Shown piece by piece: positions 47,518 to 57,906 of a stretch of DNA of 64,000 nucleotides. The DNA lies in NCBI GenBank assembly GCA_902385255.1, contig CABMEV010000004.1, forward strand, positions 34,590 through 98,589, in the 5' to 3' direction. This DNA comes from Candidatus Tiddalikarchaeum anstoanum. Its GTDB lineage: Archaea; Nanobdellota; Nanobdellia; Tiddalikarchaeales; Tiddalikarchaeaceae. The notes beneath the pieces were generated by a model. That model made no database searches. It saw only the letters and a list, made by a program, of their open reading frames with translations, and was not told the origin of the DNA. The position numbers and the translations under genes are program-made. Numbering within the stretch: position 1 is the first letter of the stretch; the number at the start of each line of letters is the position of its first letter.

Positions 47518-48369
47518 ATGAAAAATATGAAAATAATTTTTTTAGGAACAGGAAACGCTTGGGGACTGCCAAACGAAATAATCCAAAACACCACAGACGT
47601 GAAAGATTACAGGAAAAGAACATCACTGTACATAGAATCAGGCAAGAATATCTTGATTGACTGCGGACCAGACTTCAAAGAACAAAGAATAAAGTACGAA
47701 ATCAAGAACATTGATGCACTACTGCTCACGCATACGCACCAGGACCACACAGGAGGATTGGATGAATTAAACATTTACAGAAGGGCTTACAAGAACTGGA
47801 AACTACCAACTTACGCTCACACGGATGCAATAAAGTATTTGAAAGAAAAAAAAGACCTAAACTACCTATTTGACTCAATACTAATAGAAAAAATAGTAAC
47901 TCCTGACGAATCTTTCCCCCTTGACAACTTATTAGTCACTCCGTTTAAGACAAATCACGGAAGCTTCGCACCAGGCTCAGTAGGCTACATAATTGACGAA
48001 AAAGACAAAAGAATAGTCTATACTTCTGACTTCAGCAGCATAGTAAATGACGCTAAAATAAAAGAAAAAAACATAGACAAGTTAGTGATTGAAACCAACT
48101 GGTTCAGCGAACCATTAACCAACAAGCCGGGGCACATGAGCTTCCAGAATGCGCTAAAATACATAGAAGACTGGAAGCCTAAAGAAGTCTACCTGACCCA
48201 CTTTGGCGATGAAATAATACAAAACGAAAAAATATTACCTTACAAGAACCCGACAAACCACAAAGAATGGGACGAAGCAGTCAGACAAGAATTCACCAAA
48301 AGAGGACTAACCCAATACTTGAAGCAAGAAAACATCATCACATTTGACGGACTAAAGATTGAATTATGA
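47518..48369 (+). CDS. metallo-beta-lactamase-fold hydrolase (PhnP/tRNase Z-like)
   Basis: It carries the LLTHTHQDHTGG (HxHxDH) motif. Confidence 0.7.
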   Translation: MKNMKIIFLGTGNAWGLPNEIIQNTTDVKDYRKRTSLYIESGKNILIDCGPDFKEQRIKYEIKNIDALLLTHTHQDHTGGLDELNIYRRAYKNWKLPTYAHTDAIKYLKEKKDLNYLFDSILIEKIVTPDESFPLDNLLVTPFKTNHGSFAPGSVGYIIDEKDKRIVYTSDFSSIVNDAKIKEKNIDKLVIETNWFSEPLTNKPGHMSFQNALKYIEDWKPKEVYLTHFGDEIIQNEKILPYKNPTNHKEWDEAVRQEFTKRGLTQYLKQENIITFDGLKIEL

Positions 48370-48379
48370 AAATAATATT

Positions 48380-48799
48380 TTATAATTGTTTTTTGTTTAA
48401 ATAATCCATTTTTTCCAGGCTTTTTTCCAAACATTCAACTGAAGGAGTCGGTTCAGCATCAAAAACCTTAGATAAATCACTTCGTAACTCCAAAGACATT
48501 GACTTATCGCTGATATTGCTCAAATAATCCTTGGCCTCGCGAACGTACGATTTAATAAAATGTTCAGGATAATTGTTCTTTTCATACTCGATAATATCAG
48601 TTATCTCATATTTTAACGCCTTAATGAAAGTTTCATCCTTAAGCTTCAGAATCTTATTCTTAAATAAGAATTTCCTCCAAGGCTTAATGTACTTAAGACA
48701 ATCCTTCATCTGAAAAGCTGCACCATACATGGCGCATAATTCCAAATCATGCATATTCGGATCCAAAATTGCTATTCCAACACCGCTTAAACCAATCAT
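48380..48799 (-). CDS. hypothetical protein
   Basis: An ORF with no recognisable motif. Confidence 0.35.
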   Translation of the reverse strand: MIGLSGVGIAILDPNMHDLELCAMYGAAFQMKDCLKYIKPWRKFLFKNKILKLKDETFIKALKYEITDIIEYEKNNYPEHFIKSYVREAKDYLSNISDKSMSLELRSDLSKVFDAEPTPSVECLEKSLEKMDYLNKKQL

Positions 48800-48909
48800 A
48801 AACTAAAAAATGTAAAAAATGTGTATTTTTAAACGTTTACAAAAAAATAATAACTTAAAATTTAAGAATGTAAATGTTTAAAAAATTGAGATTTTAGCTC
48901 TTAATATCA

Positions 48910-49548
48910 ATGAATTCTTCACAAAACGATGAATCCGGACTGAAACTTGACGTAACACTAGAAAACGGATTAAAAACACAAATGAACTTAGAGGACTACA
49001 TCAAATACTTAGCAAAAAAACAAGCCAGACACAAAGAACCCAGCACAAAAATAGGACAACTAACAAAAAGACACATCTATAAAACCCTGACAGAAAACCT
49101 CGAAGAAGAACCATTAATAATAATACATCCCGGATGGAAAAACTACGGTAGCGACGGCTTTAACTATATGAACTCATTCTCAGGATACGAAGACTACATA
49201 ACAGCATTAAAAGAAGAAATCAGCAAACAAGCAAAAAAAGGCACAACATTCATATTTTATGACGTAGAAAAAAAGAACAGTTTAAACACCACAAAAGAAA
49301 CAATAAACATAGAATCCGAAAAATTATTCTATATACCTTCAAGGTCATCAATGTCAATAAAAGAATACGACTTTGATGAAGATTTCTTCAAAAAAGTAAG
49401 TAATGTCGCGCCGAACATAAAACTAGCAGGCGAATGGAGATACGGCTGCATAACCCACTACGCCTACGGACTGCAAAACATATTCCAAAAAATAACAATG
49501 CTTGAAAACTTAATATTCCCGCCTAAAAAAAATTCGATTAGCCAATAA
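48910..49548 (+). CDS. hypothetical protein
   Basis: An ORF with no recognisable motif. Confidence 0.4.
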   Translation: MNSSQNDESGLKLDVTLENGLKTQMNLEDYIKYLAKKQARHKEPSTKIGQLTKRHIYKTLTENLEEEPLIIIHPGWKNYGSDGFNYMNSFSGYEDYITALKEEISKQAKKGTTFIFYDVEKKNSLNTTKETINIESEKLFYIPSRSSMSIKEYDFDEDFFKKVSNVAPNIKLAGEWRYGCITHYAYGLQNIFQKITMLENLIFPPKKNSISQ

Positions 49549-49555
49549 AGATTTT

Positions 49556-50107
49556 TTACTTGAAAATCTTCAATAAATCAGTCTTAGTGATTATGCCTGA
49601 AAAGATGCCATGATTCAATAATAATACAGCCTCATTATACTCTAACAAGTTGCTGACAAGCTGGATGGGAGAATCCTCCGGAATCATAGGAAAAGGCTGG
49701 TCCATGACATCCTTAATAATAAGTTCATCAACACACTTCAAACCCTTCCTGATAAGACCAGGAATAGTCCTCTTGCTGAAACTGCCAACAATAACAACAC
49801 CATCAGTAACAGGGAGCTGAGAAACACCCAAATCATGCATTAAGATAACAGCATCCTTAACCGTCTTATTCATATTAATCCTCTTAATCTTAGTCATCAA
49901 AGACTTAACATTCACCTTCTCACCCTCACTCCTCAACTTCTCCAACAAATTAATCAATTTCTTACAAACACTAAAAGGAGGATCAGCATTCAAATTCTCA
50001 ATCTTATTAATATACGACTGGGACAAACCAGACAACTTACTCAACTCGTGCTGCGTAAGACCGGACTTTCTCCGCAAAAACTTAATAATCTCCAAATCAG
50101 GAATCAT
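49556..50107 (-). CDS. HTH (XRE-type) plus CBS-domain transcription regulator
   Basis: The N-terminus carries HTH_XRE (LRRKSGLTQHELSKLSGLSQSYINKIEN) and the C-terminus has CBS-like repeats. Confidence 0.65.
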   Translation of the reverse strand: MIPDLEIIKFLRRKSGLTQHELSKLSGLSQSYINKIENLNADPPFSVCKKLINLLEKLRSEGEKVNVKSLMTKIKRINMNKTVKDAVILMHDLGVSQLPVTDGVVIVGSFSKRTIPGLIRKGLKCVDELIIKDVMDQPFPMIPEDSPIQLVSNLLEYNEAVLLLNHGIFSGIITKTDLLKIFK

Positions 50108-50232
50108 TTCAAATATATTATAAAAAATCGAACGTATAAAAATATTCCTAACAAGAATAATTTATTCAATAATCGTTAATAAGAGATAAATCATTTTAAT
50201 TAAACAGAATGAGGGGTGATTAATTAGAAAAT

Positions 50233-51081
50233 ATGGAAATTGAAAGCTTACGAGTAATGATTGGAGGATACAACTGCAACGCTGCATGCCCTTTCTGCAT
50301 CACGAAAATGATGGGAGCAGGAAAAGAAGCACCAAAGACTAACTGGAGAAAATTTGACACGGCATGCAATTATTCAATGAAAGGAGGTGCGCAGAGTGTA
50401 ATAATAAGCGGACCAGGGGAGCCTACACTGTACCCGAAAGATTTAACGGAAACACTAAGGAAACTGGAAAAATACCAATTTCCATTAATAGAACTCCAGA
50501 CAAACGGATACTATATCTCAACAAAAGAATACAACAAAAACCTGCAAAAATGGTACAAACAAGGATTAACAACAATACTGTTATCAATACTCAGCCAGGA
50601 TAGCACAATAAACAGTAAAGCCATGAACATTCCATACTACAACATTGAAGACAACATCAAAAAAATCCACAGCTTCAATTACAGCCTGAGAATGTCATGC
50701 GTAATGTACAGAGGAGGAGTCAACTCACCTGAAACTTTAGAGTCATTAATCAATTTTGCAAGAAAAAACAAAGTAGAACAGTTAACAGTGAGGCCAATAA
50801 TGAAACCTCCAAACCCAAAAGGGGCAGTATATGAATGGGTTAAAAAGAACGAACTCTCAACCATTGAACAAAAGAGAATCCTGGAATACTTGGAATCAAA
50901 AGGTGCAAGAATATTGAAACTCTCACTTGGAGGAATAGTCTACGACATAGAAGGGCAGAACGTGGCAGCAATAGGATGGCCAACAACAGTGCCGCCTGAC
51001 GAGGACTTAAAACAATTATTAATACTGCCAAATGGGAAACTAAACTTCGACAAAAGATACAGAGGAGCAGTATTATTATAA
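50233..51081 (+). CDS. radical SAM domain protein
   Basis: The CNAACPFC (Cx3Cx2C) motif is present, plus the glycine-rich SAM motif ISGPGEPTL. Confidence 0.7.
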   Translation: MEIESLRVMIGGYNCNAACPFCITKMMGAGKEAPKTNWRKFDTACNYSMKGGAQSVIISGPGEPTLYPKDLTETLRKLEKYQFPLIELQTNGYYISTKEYNKNLQKWYKQGLTTILLSILSQDSTINSKAMNIPYYNIEDNIKKIHSFNYSLRMSCVMYRGGVNSPETLESLINFARKNKVEQLTVRPIMKPPNPKGAVYEWVKKNELSTIEQKRILEYLESKGARILKLSLGGIVYDIEGQNVAAIGWPTTVPPDEDLKQLLILPNGKLNFDKRYRGAVLL

Positions 51082-51227
51082 AGAAACCCTCAAGAAAAAG
51101 TCATTAAATGTTAAACCAAACAGCTGAAAGCATTACTTTGCTTTCTATTAAGCAAAAAAAGAAGCCGAAATAAGAAAAACTACCAGCAAATAATAGCAGA
51201 AATAAAGATTAAAACTTGTTTTTTTTC

Positions 51228-51785
51228 CTAATTTTTTTTAATAAAATCACTTAAAATTTCATCCACTTTTTCAAATTTAACTTCTAAACCTTTGTCAAAA
51301 TCATGAAATATTGAATCAATCATCACATCAAGATCATATGTCACATCATTAATTGCCTTATTAATTATTTCGAATTTGTTAGTTTCATCAAATACGCGGG
51401 CAATCTCTTCATACATTAAGCTTTTGGCATCGAACTTTTCACAGTTAAAACCTGAACTTAAAGCATCAACACCATCACCATCTAATTCATATAACTTAAG
51501 CAGTTTACACAACTTAAGTCTACCTTTAATATGTTCTATAATATCATCATTAATTTTATATATGGCATTGCACTTAAACGGCCGAACTTGAGAAGCATTC
51601 CTCAACAAACCATCAGTTAAATAAAAATCATCCTTATACTTAAAAATCATGTTCTGTAGCAAGAAACCACTTGTTTCTTTAGAAAAAAACTCATAAATAG
51701 GCGTATTTTCATCAAGTCTTAAACTGCTACTCCACTCCTCTTTGACCAAAATATCAGTTAAATAAACCTTATTCGACTCCTTCAT
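51228..51785 (-). CDS. hypothetical protein
   Basis: An ORF with no recognisable motif. Confidence 0.4.
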   Translation of the reverse strand: MKESNKVYLTDILVKEEWSSSLRLDENTPIYEFFSKETSGFLLQNMIFKYKDDFYLTDGLLRNASQVRPFKCNAIYKINDDIIEHIKGRLKLCKLLKLYELDGDGVDALSSGFNCEKFDAKSLMYEEIARVFDETNKFEIINKAINDVTYDLDVMIDSIFHDFDKGLEVKFEKVDEILSDFIKKN

Positions 51786-52182
51786 CTTAATAATAATCTC
51801 TAAAAAAGTTAGTTTAAAAACTTTTATGGTTATAAAACAACTTTAAATCAAAAATTACTTATAAAAAATTTAAAACAAATATGATAATAACACCAGTTAA
51901 CTTTAAACTTAAATTTTTTACCCCAAATTTTAAATTTCTTTAGCTAAATTAATTAGTTATTCTAGGAAATCGTTAGAATTTGCGCTTTGAGTCACGTGCT
52001 CAGCCAAAATTTTGCACAACCAATCTGGCAAAGTCTTACTCCTGCCGTTCTTTAACGGTCTTTTAATTGATTTAAAAAAACAGTTCATAATCCTTTATTT
52101 TAAAAACTCATTTTTTATACTATCTCAAAAAATACAATATTCCATAAAAGAATTAAAGAATAAGACGCCTAAAAATTAGTAA

Positions 52183-52530
52183 ATGAAAGACAAATCAAGC
52201 GATGTTGACAAATACATTAACTCCCTGCCAAAAGAGAAAAGAATTATTCTGACAAAACTCAGGAAAATAATCAAGACAGCAGCGCCAAAAACCACAGAAA
52301 AAATAAGCTACGGAATACCAACCTTCGACTACAACGGCCGCCACTTAATAGGATACGCAGCATTCAAAGACCACTACTCACTCTTCCCGATGAACTCAGC
52401 ACTAATACAAAAACTAAAAAATGAACTAAAAGAATACAAGACGGCAAAAGGAACCATACAATTCACAAAAGAAAAACCCCTGCCAACACCACTAATAAAA
52501 AAAATAGTAAAAGAAAGAATGAGAGATTAA
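52183..52530 (+). CDS. DUF1801/YdhG-like domain protein
   Basis: It follows the YdhG-like pattern and is related to the 43454 ORF. Confidence 0.45.
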   Translation: MKDKSSDVDKYINSLPKEKRIILTKLRKIIKTAAPKTTEKISYGIPTFDYNGRHLIGYAAFKDHYSLFPMNSALIQKLKNELKEYKTAKGTIQFTKEKPLPTPLIKKIVKERMRD

Positions 52531-52672
52531 AGTCAAAAAAATTGGAAGAATTAGGAAGATTCACGCCTAATGAATTATTATCCGCAATAAAAGACAATAA
52601 AAGAACAGGGGAGATACTCAACTATTTATACGAACATAAAATAATGCTAAAATCAAGAAAATAAAAATTCCT

Positions 52673-53125
52673 TCAAATATTCTTCAGTATAATGTTAAGC
52701 TCTTTTGCTATAATGTACTCGTACACTAATCTTCTAACATCCTTTTCTTCAACATTAAAGTCAATATAGTCAAAACCATAACCCGCCTTTGATATTTCAT
52801 AAGTCTTTAACGATATCAGCCTAATCAGGGAAGAATTCACCTTATAATTAGCATTAAGTGATAGTCTAAGAAAATCCAAAGTGTACTTATGAGCCTTGTC
52901 TTTAACAACAAGGTAAGGATTAACAGAAACAACACCCTTCTCCTTATAGAACAAGACCTTATCCTTCAATGCCTCGTTAGGAATAACATCAAGAAGTAAT
53001 ACTTCACCATTTTTCAACATAAATTCAGTAGCATTCTTCTCCAAATTCTTAATCGTAACATCCAACTCAAGCATGCTCTTATTATACAAGTCCAATATGC
53101 TGGAATTACTAGCATTACTCATCAA
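52673..53125 (-). CDS. hypothetical protein
   Basis: An ORF with no recognisable motif. Confidence 0.4.
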   Translation of the reverse strand: MMSNASNSSILDLYNKSMLELDVTIKNLEKNATEFMLKNGEVLLLDVIPNEALKDKVLFYKEKGVVSVNPYLVVKDKAHKYTLDFLRLSLNANYKVNSSLIRLISLKTYEISKAGYGFDYIDFNVEEKDVRRLVYEYIIAKELNIILKNI

Positions 53126-53257
53126 TAAATTTGGTAAAAAGAACCTGCTTTAATAATTATGCTTTTTTTCGTAGAATATTCTTATCGCTTTCTTTAAGGT
53201 TCAGAACTTATTATCTTTATATTTAACTGCTGACTTTGTAAAATTAGGCAAAAAAAA

Positions 53258-54310
53258 ATGGAAAAACTTCACTTAGTACTCATAACAATATTCTTAATAC
53301 TAATTGGCGGATGCACAACAACACAAACATATAGCTTGGAAGAGCAGACACCTGTATTGTACATTTCTGACATATCCAACGCGCTCACAGAAATAGCATA
53401 CAACTATAATATGTGCGGCGATCCTTCAAACACCCCGTTAAACTGCGGAAGCGACCCGGAAACGTGGAACCCTTACAGCGGAACGTCCCCTTATACTTTC
53501 ACCATAGCAGGACTCCCTCCTGGATTAACAATGCGATTAGACGGACTAATTTACGGCAAAGTGCCCGATGGTTCAAGACTAGGCGTTTATAACATTAACA
53601 TCTGCGTAACTGACAGTGCAGCAGCAAGGTCATGCTATGACAATAACATCACTGTTGAAAAAGGATGCACTCCGACAAAATGGACTGGAATAGTGGACAT
53701 CCCATTAGACCAGGAATTTTATGGGATATGCACGCCGGACATCGCTGGAATGGAAGGATTACAGGATACGGACACTCAAAGAATGACAAATGAGAAATGC
53801 ATGCTTACATTCCAATACGAATTAGAGATTAATTTTAACCTAGACATGAAAATGGATTTGCACGATTACTACAGCGGCGAAACTATTTTATCAGAATGCC
53901 ATGAAGGAAACGGCACTTTCACAAGCGTAACTAATCTAGTCGTGGCAGGAAAATCCTGCGATTCCGGATATGAATCTTACAGCAGCCAGTATTTTCTATC
54001 ACCAAGAGAAGAGACTAATGGCGCCATATACTTTAACGGAGGAGCGTTGACAAGCTATTTTACAGACTTATATGCTGACACTGAAACATTTAGAACTGCT
54101 TTTTTTGAAGCACCGCCTTTAGCAAAAGCAACCTGCAATGATGAATTCGGAGCATTCATACGAGTTAGTAAGACTATTGTTCTGGAAACAGATGACTGCA
54201 CGTACCAAGCTGATCTTAGCCAGATAAACTGCCCATGCAGTATAAGCGGCTTAGGATTCGACCCTCAGATTGGAACATGCGAATTCTACAGAGAAACACC
54301 TCACGAATAA
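53258..54310 (+). CDS. secreted Cys-rich lipoprotein-like protein
   Basis: A signal peptide with lipobox LIGGC. The mature part has about 20 Cys. Confidence 0.5.
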   Translation: MEKLHLVLITIFLILIGGCTTTQTYSLEEQTPVLYISDISNALTEIAYNYNMCGDPSNTPLNCGSDPETWNPYSGTSPYTFTIAGLPPGLTMRLDGLIYGKVPDGSRLGVYNINICVTDSAAARSCYDNNITVEKGCTPTKWTGIVDIPLDQEFYGICTPDIAGMEGLQDTDTQRMTNEKCMLTFQYELEINFNLDMKMDLHDYYSGETILSECHEGNGTFTSVTNLVVAGKSCDSGYESYSSQYFLSPREETNGAIYFNGGALTSYFTDLYADTETFRTAFFEAPPLAKATCNDEFGAFIRVSKTIVLETDDCTYQADLSQINCPCSISGLGFDPQIGTCEFYRETPHE

Positions 54311-54357
54311 AGTAATGTAAATATTTTTAAAACCCTCATTTTAACCTTTTAGTTTAA

Positions 54358-55578
54358 ATGGCAGTCAACATAGACGTTGCAGTAATAGGCGCAGGGTTCA
54401 GCGGATTAGAATGCGCGAAAGTGCTGGCAAGAAACGATTACAGCGTTAACGTTCTAGAACAAAGAAACACTATATACAGAGACCAAAGCCTGAAAGTGCC
54501 GGAAAGCATACTGAAAAAATTCGGCATAGACTACGTGGCAAGAAAAGTAGACAAGATACACTTAAGAAACGTAGACACAGACGCTGGGAAAATACTGAAT
54601 GACAACATAATATTGTCTAAAAATTTTAAGGGCGACGAAGTAGTAATCGCTGACCATACACGAATATACGAGCATTTTGAAAAAGAACTGAAAGAACAAG
54701 TAATACTCAACTCTGAAGTTAAAAAAATAGAGAAGAGAGACGGCAAGTTTCACATATACACGGAAGATGAGGAATACGTATCCAACTTATTAATAGACGC
54801 GAGCGGACAATCCAACATTACAGACAAACTAATACCAAACAATCACTGGTTTCACCAAGGCGCGTACTTCTCATGCTACGGAAAAAGGTACGATAACTGC
54901 GAAGGATTAAAAAATTATTACGAATCATTCTTTGACTTTGACAGGCCGGGACTACTTGGAACATGGGGCTACACAATCAACGATTCAACATTCGAACTTG
55001 GAGTGTCATACTTCTCCAAAGGATTCGATTTTGAGAAAGAATCAAAAAACCTGGAAAAACTGCTCTCAAATTACGCCCACCTCGAACCGTTCTGGAATAT
55101 ATTAAAGAACGCTGAGCCTGGAAGGCTATTATACGGGCACATACCTTTACTTCCAAGGCCGTACAACGAGAAAGAAGGAGTATACTACGTAGGAGACGCT
55201 CTTCATGCAGTATCTTTCACAGGACAAGGAATACCTAACTGTTTTGAAAGCGGAAAAGCCGCAGCGAACAGCATAATAACAGGAAAAAAATACACTTACC
55301 ACGCGTCACCCCCGTTAAGAGGGCTTGAAATGCTGAATTTAGTCTCAAACTTCGACACTGAGAGACTCAGAATATTAGTGAACGCCTTAGGCAAACTTGA
55401 CGGCAAGAACATCTTCAAATTCTTGACAGGAAAAGTGGACAACACTTTCATGTTTAAACTCATGTCGAAGTTAGGGAAAGATGTGACTAAATTCTTATCA
55501 GCGGCGAATCCTTCAACAATGATTAGAAGCGTATTCAACATGAAGCCGAAAGAGTCAGATTATAAAATGTGGTATTAG
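54358..55578 (+). CDS. FAD-dependent oxidoreductase, geranylgeranyl-reductase family-like
   Basis: An N-terminal dinucleotide-binding motif (DVAVIGAGFSGLECA) and a VGDALH motif are present. At 406 aa it has the typical archaeal GGR size. Confidence 0.55.
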   Translation: MAVNIDVAVIGAGFSGLECAKVLARNDYSVNVLEQRNTIYRDQSLKVPESILKKFGIDYVARKVDKIHLRNVDTDAGKILNDNIILSKNFKGDEVVIADHTRIYEHFEKELKEQVILNSEVKKIEKRDGKFHIYTEDEEYVSNLLIDASGQSNITDKLIPNNHWFHQGAYFSCYGKRYDNCEGLKNYYESFFDFDRPGLLGTWGYTINDSTFELGVSYFSKGFDFEKESKNLEKLLSNYAHLEPFWNILKNAEPGRLLYGHIPLLPRPYNEKEGVYYVGDALHAVSFTGQGIPNCFESGKAAANSIITGKKYTYHASPPLRGLEMLNLVSNFDTERLRILVNALGKLDGKNIFKFLTGKVDNTFMFKLMSKLGKDVTKFLSAANPSTMIRSVFNMKPKESDYKMWY

Positions 55579-55886
55579 AAACTTATTTATTTTATCCCGT
55601 TTATCCTGTCTTGATAATTATGATTTTTAAAACTGTTAACAATGTTGGCTGGAGGAAATTCTTATTATGGAGTATTAGTATAGGTGTTTTATTCCTTGTT
55701 CTTGACATGGCTGCTGCAATTATCACAATGCCAATAATGAACAGTTACGTAAGCCTTCCTGTCTGGAAAGTTCCGGTGGACTCCACTGCAGGAATAATTT
55801 TTGATATAATTAACGGCTTTATCTTGGTCAGCGATTTGTTATTATTGAGAAAGGGCTTCCTGGCAAAGGCTGGAAGAAAGGGTTGA
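55569..55886 (+). CDS. small membrane protein (possibly frameshifted; a hydrophobic ORF continues at 55921..56050)
   Basis: It has TM helices. A downstream 43-codon hydrophobic ORF lies in another frame. Confidence 0.3.
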   Translation: MVLETYLFYPVYPVLIIMIFKTVNNVGWRKFLLWSISIGVLFLVLDMAAAIITMPIMNSYVSLPVWKVPVDSTAGIIFDIINGFILVSDLLLLRKGFLAKAGRKG

Positions 55887-56073
55887 ATTATGGATTAATA
55901 GTCGGCTTATTCAGAGTCGTAATGATGGGTTTTTCAACCTATGTCATGTACAACATCCCTCTCATAATTGTTTTGACAAATGCAATTTCAGGATTTCTGG
56001 AAATAGTACTCCTCTCTGTGCTGCTTGCAGTGATAGGAAATAAAATTTAATAAAAAATATTTTTTTTTAAAAT

Positions 56074-56262
56074 TCAGCAGGTGAATAAGTCGTCAACAGT
56101 TGTGCTTAAAGCTTTGGCAACATCCATTGCGAGCTTGAGCGAAGGGTTATACTTGTTCTTTTCAAGAAAAATTATAGTCTCCCTTCTCACGCCAACTTTC
56201 CTCGCCAGTTCTTCCTGAGTCAAGTTGTACTTCGCCCTTAACTCCTTAATATGATTCTTCAT
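56074..56262 (-). CDS. XRE/Cro-type HTH transcription regulator
   Basis: It carries [28 protein letters not shown] and is 62 aa. Confidence 0.75.
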   Translation of the reverse strand: MKNHIKELRAKYNLTQEELARKVGVRRETIIFLEKNKYNPSLKLAMDVAKALSTTVDDLFTC

Positions 56263-56522
56263 GAGTTCCTGTAAAACAAGTAACTGATGCCAAAAACAGC
56301 AGCCATCACACCCACTGTAAGATTAGTCACCAAACTAGGCCTTATGCTTGGAAATTCATCAATAAACCACGAGGCAAACAAGACCAAGTATAATGATACG
56401 TAAAAGCTTGTTGACGCAGTCTTCTGCATAATATTCCTTGAACGCTCATCATCAAGAGGCAATCCCTTCCTGACACTCTCATGCATCCTCAAAATGTAAG
56501 GCACGAAGAATGCAATCAGCAA
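56259..56522 (-). CDS. small membrane protein, co-transcribed with the HTH regulator
   Basis: Two TM helices. The gene overlaps the HTH regulator gene by ATGA. Confidence 0.45.
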   Translation of the reverse strand: MLIAFFVPYILRMHESVRKGLPLDDERSRNIMQKTASTSFYVSLYLVLFASWFIDEFPSIRPSLVTNLTVGVMAAVFGISYLFYRNS

Positions 56523-56701
56523 TAAGTGACTAGTACTGAACCAATACTGCTCAATAAATCTCCTTTTGTTATTGTGGTAACGCCATATATGACAAGAGTG
56601 GCAGACAATAAAACAAATAAAGTAAGCCTGATGTAATACTTCCTCTTATCCAGACCTTTTTTGTTAGATTTAGTTAACATAATGTTAGAAATAGTTAACA
56701 C
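56516..56701 (-). CDS. small membrane protein
   Basis: One or two TM helices. The gene overlaps its downstream neighbour. Confidence 0.35.
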   Translation of the reverse strand: MLTISNIMLTKSNKKGLDKRKYYIRLTLFVLLSATLVIYGVTTITKGDLLSSIGSVLVTYC

Positions 56702-56756
56702 TTACTTATAAATTTTTCTAAAAGTTTTATTTATTCACACCTTAGCCGGACAAATT

Positions 56757-57446
56757 TTAATTATAGGATGATACGTAATTCTTCATAAACTCAAGTTCTT
56801 CAGGATTGCCCCATAAGAGTTTAGCATTTAAAATATAAGGTCTGACAAAACTGTCAATAATAAGATTATCAGCACCAACTAGAATACACTTATCTATTAT
56901 TTCATACGCTAACTTATTAACGAACTCCTTGCCAGTCTCCGACTTGAAATGGTAAAGGCAATTCCAGTCAACCAAGGGGTATTTGCTCCTAAGTCCGATC
57001 AGATTATTATCCAGATTCTCGTCAGTAATACCCGGATTTATTAATCCAATATCAATGTCGCCTCTCACACTGCCAAAATAAAAAGCGGTATTCACAAAAA
57101 TAAGCGCCTTACTCAAATCCGGAACTAAATAATTCAATAACCTCTCTTTTTCCTCAAGAAAATCCTGCTCTTTAGGCATACTCTTCTTAAAATAATTAAT
57201 CTCTTTCTCAACAAGCTTCACATCACTCCTCCCGCAAACTAATTGTTTCAAGTCTGAACGCTTGTACTTTGAAGTAATGAAACCGAAAGGTATTGAGAAT
57301 TCGCCAAGAAGCGAATACGCTGAATCAAACCAGGTTCTAGCATTGTCATTCATTGGAAGTATTTTAAATAAAATTATTAATAAGTATAAAAACATTTTGT
57401 AATTAAAAACAATCCAAGTTAGGTTTCTTTTAAGGTTTTGCAACAA
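56757..57446 (-). CDS. hypothetical protein with a weak nucleotidyltransferase-like motif; the real start is probably at M32 (57353)
   Basis: FGSVRGDIDIGL resembles a GS..DxD minimal NTase motif, but its spacing is atypical. Confidence 0.3.
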   Translation of the reverse strand: MLQNLKRNLTWIVFNYKMFLYLLIILFKILPMNDNARTWFDSAYSLLGEFSIPFGFITSKYKRSDLKQLVCGRSDVKLVEKEINYFKKSMPKEQDFLEEKERLLNYLVPDLSKALIFVNTAFYFGSVRGDIDIGLINPGITDENLDNNLIGLRSKYPLVDWNCLYHFKSETGKEFVNKLAYEIIDKCILVGADNLIIDSFVRPYILNAKLLWGNPEELEFMKNYVSSYN

Positions 57447-57482
57447 AGCCTATAAGGAGCTAAATATCTGTGAATAACTCTT

Positions 57483-57881
57483 ATGGAAGCAGCTAAGTGT
57501 GATAAAACAGTGAAGAAGTACGCGGATGAAGGATTCTTATGCTTAGACGCTCAAAGCGAAAAAAGCCGTGTGCAACTAGACTTTTATAACAACAATACTG
57601 TATACGGATGCTTAGCATGCAACTGCGATGATGCAGGCTCTCCAACTGGATTCCCATGCTTTTACCTAATATCACAAGCGAATATGGAGTTATACTTAAG
57701 CGGCAAAGAGTTCGAGTACGAACTAAATAATAAAAAATTTAAAACGGCACCAGGAGAATTCAACACCAAAGTATCAGACTTCCAAAAATTATCCGCCACG
57801 CTCGAGAAATACTTAAAAACAGAGGAATTCAAAGAAGACTGCAAAAGATTCAAACTAGGATTTAAAATTTCTAAAAATTAA
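57483..57881 (+). CDS. hypothetical Cys-containing protein
   Basis: An ORF with no recognisable motif. Confidence 0.35.
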   Translation: MEAAKCDKTVKKYADEGFLCLDAQSEKSRVQLDFYNNNTVYGCLACNCDDAGSPTGFPCFYLISQANMELYLSGKEFEYELNNKKFKTAPGEFNTKVSDFQKLSATLEKYLKTEEFKEDCKRFKLGFKISKN

Positions 57882-57906
57882 TAGCATTCAAGGCTGATAA
57901 TTACAT

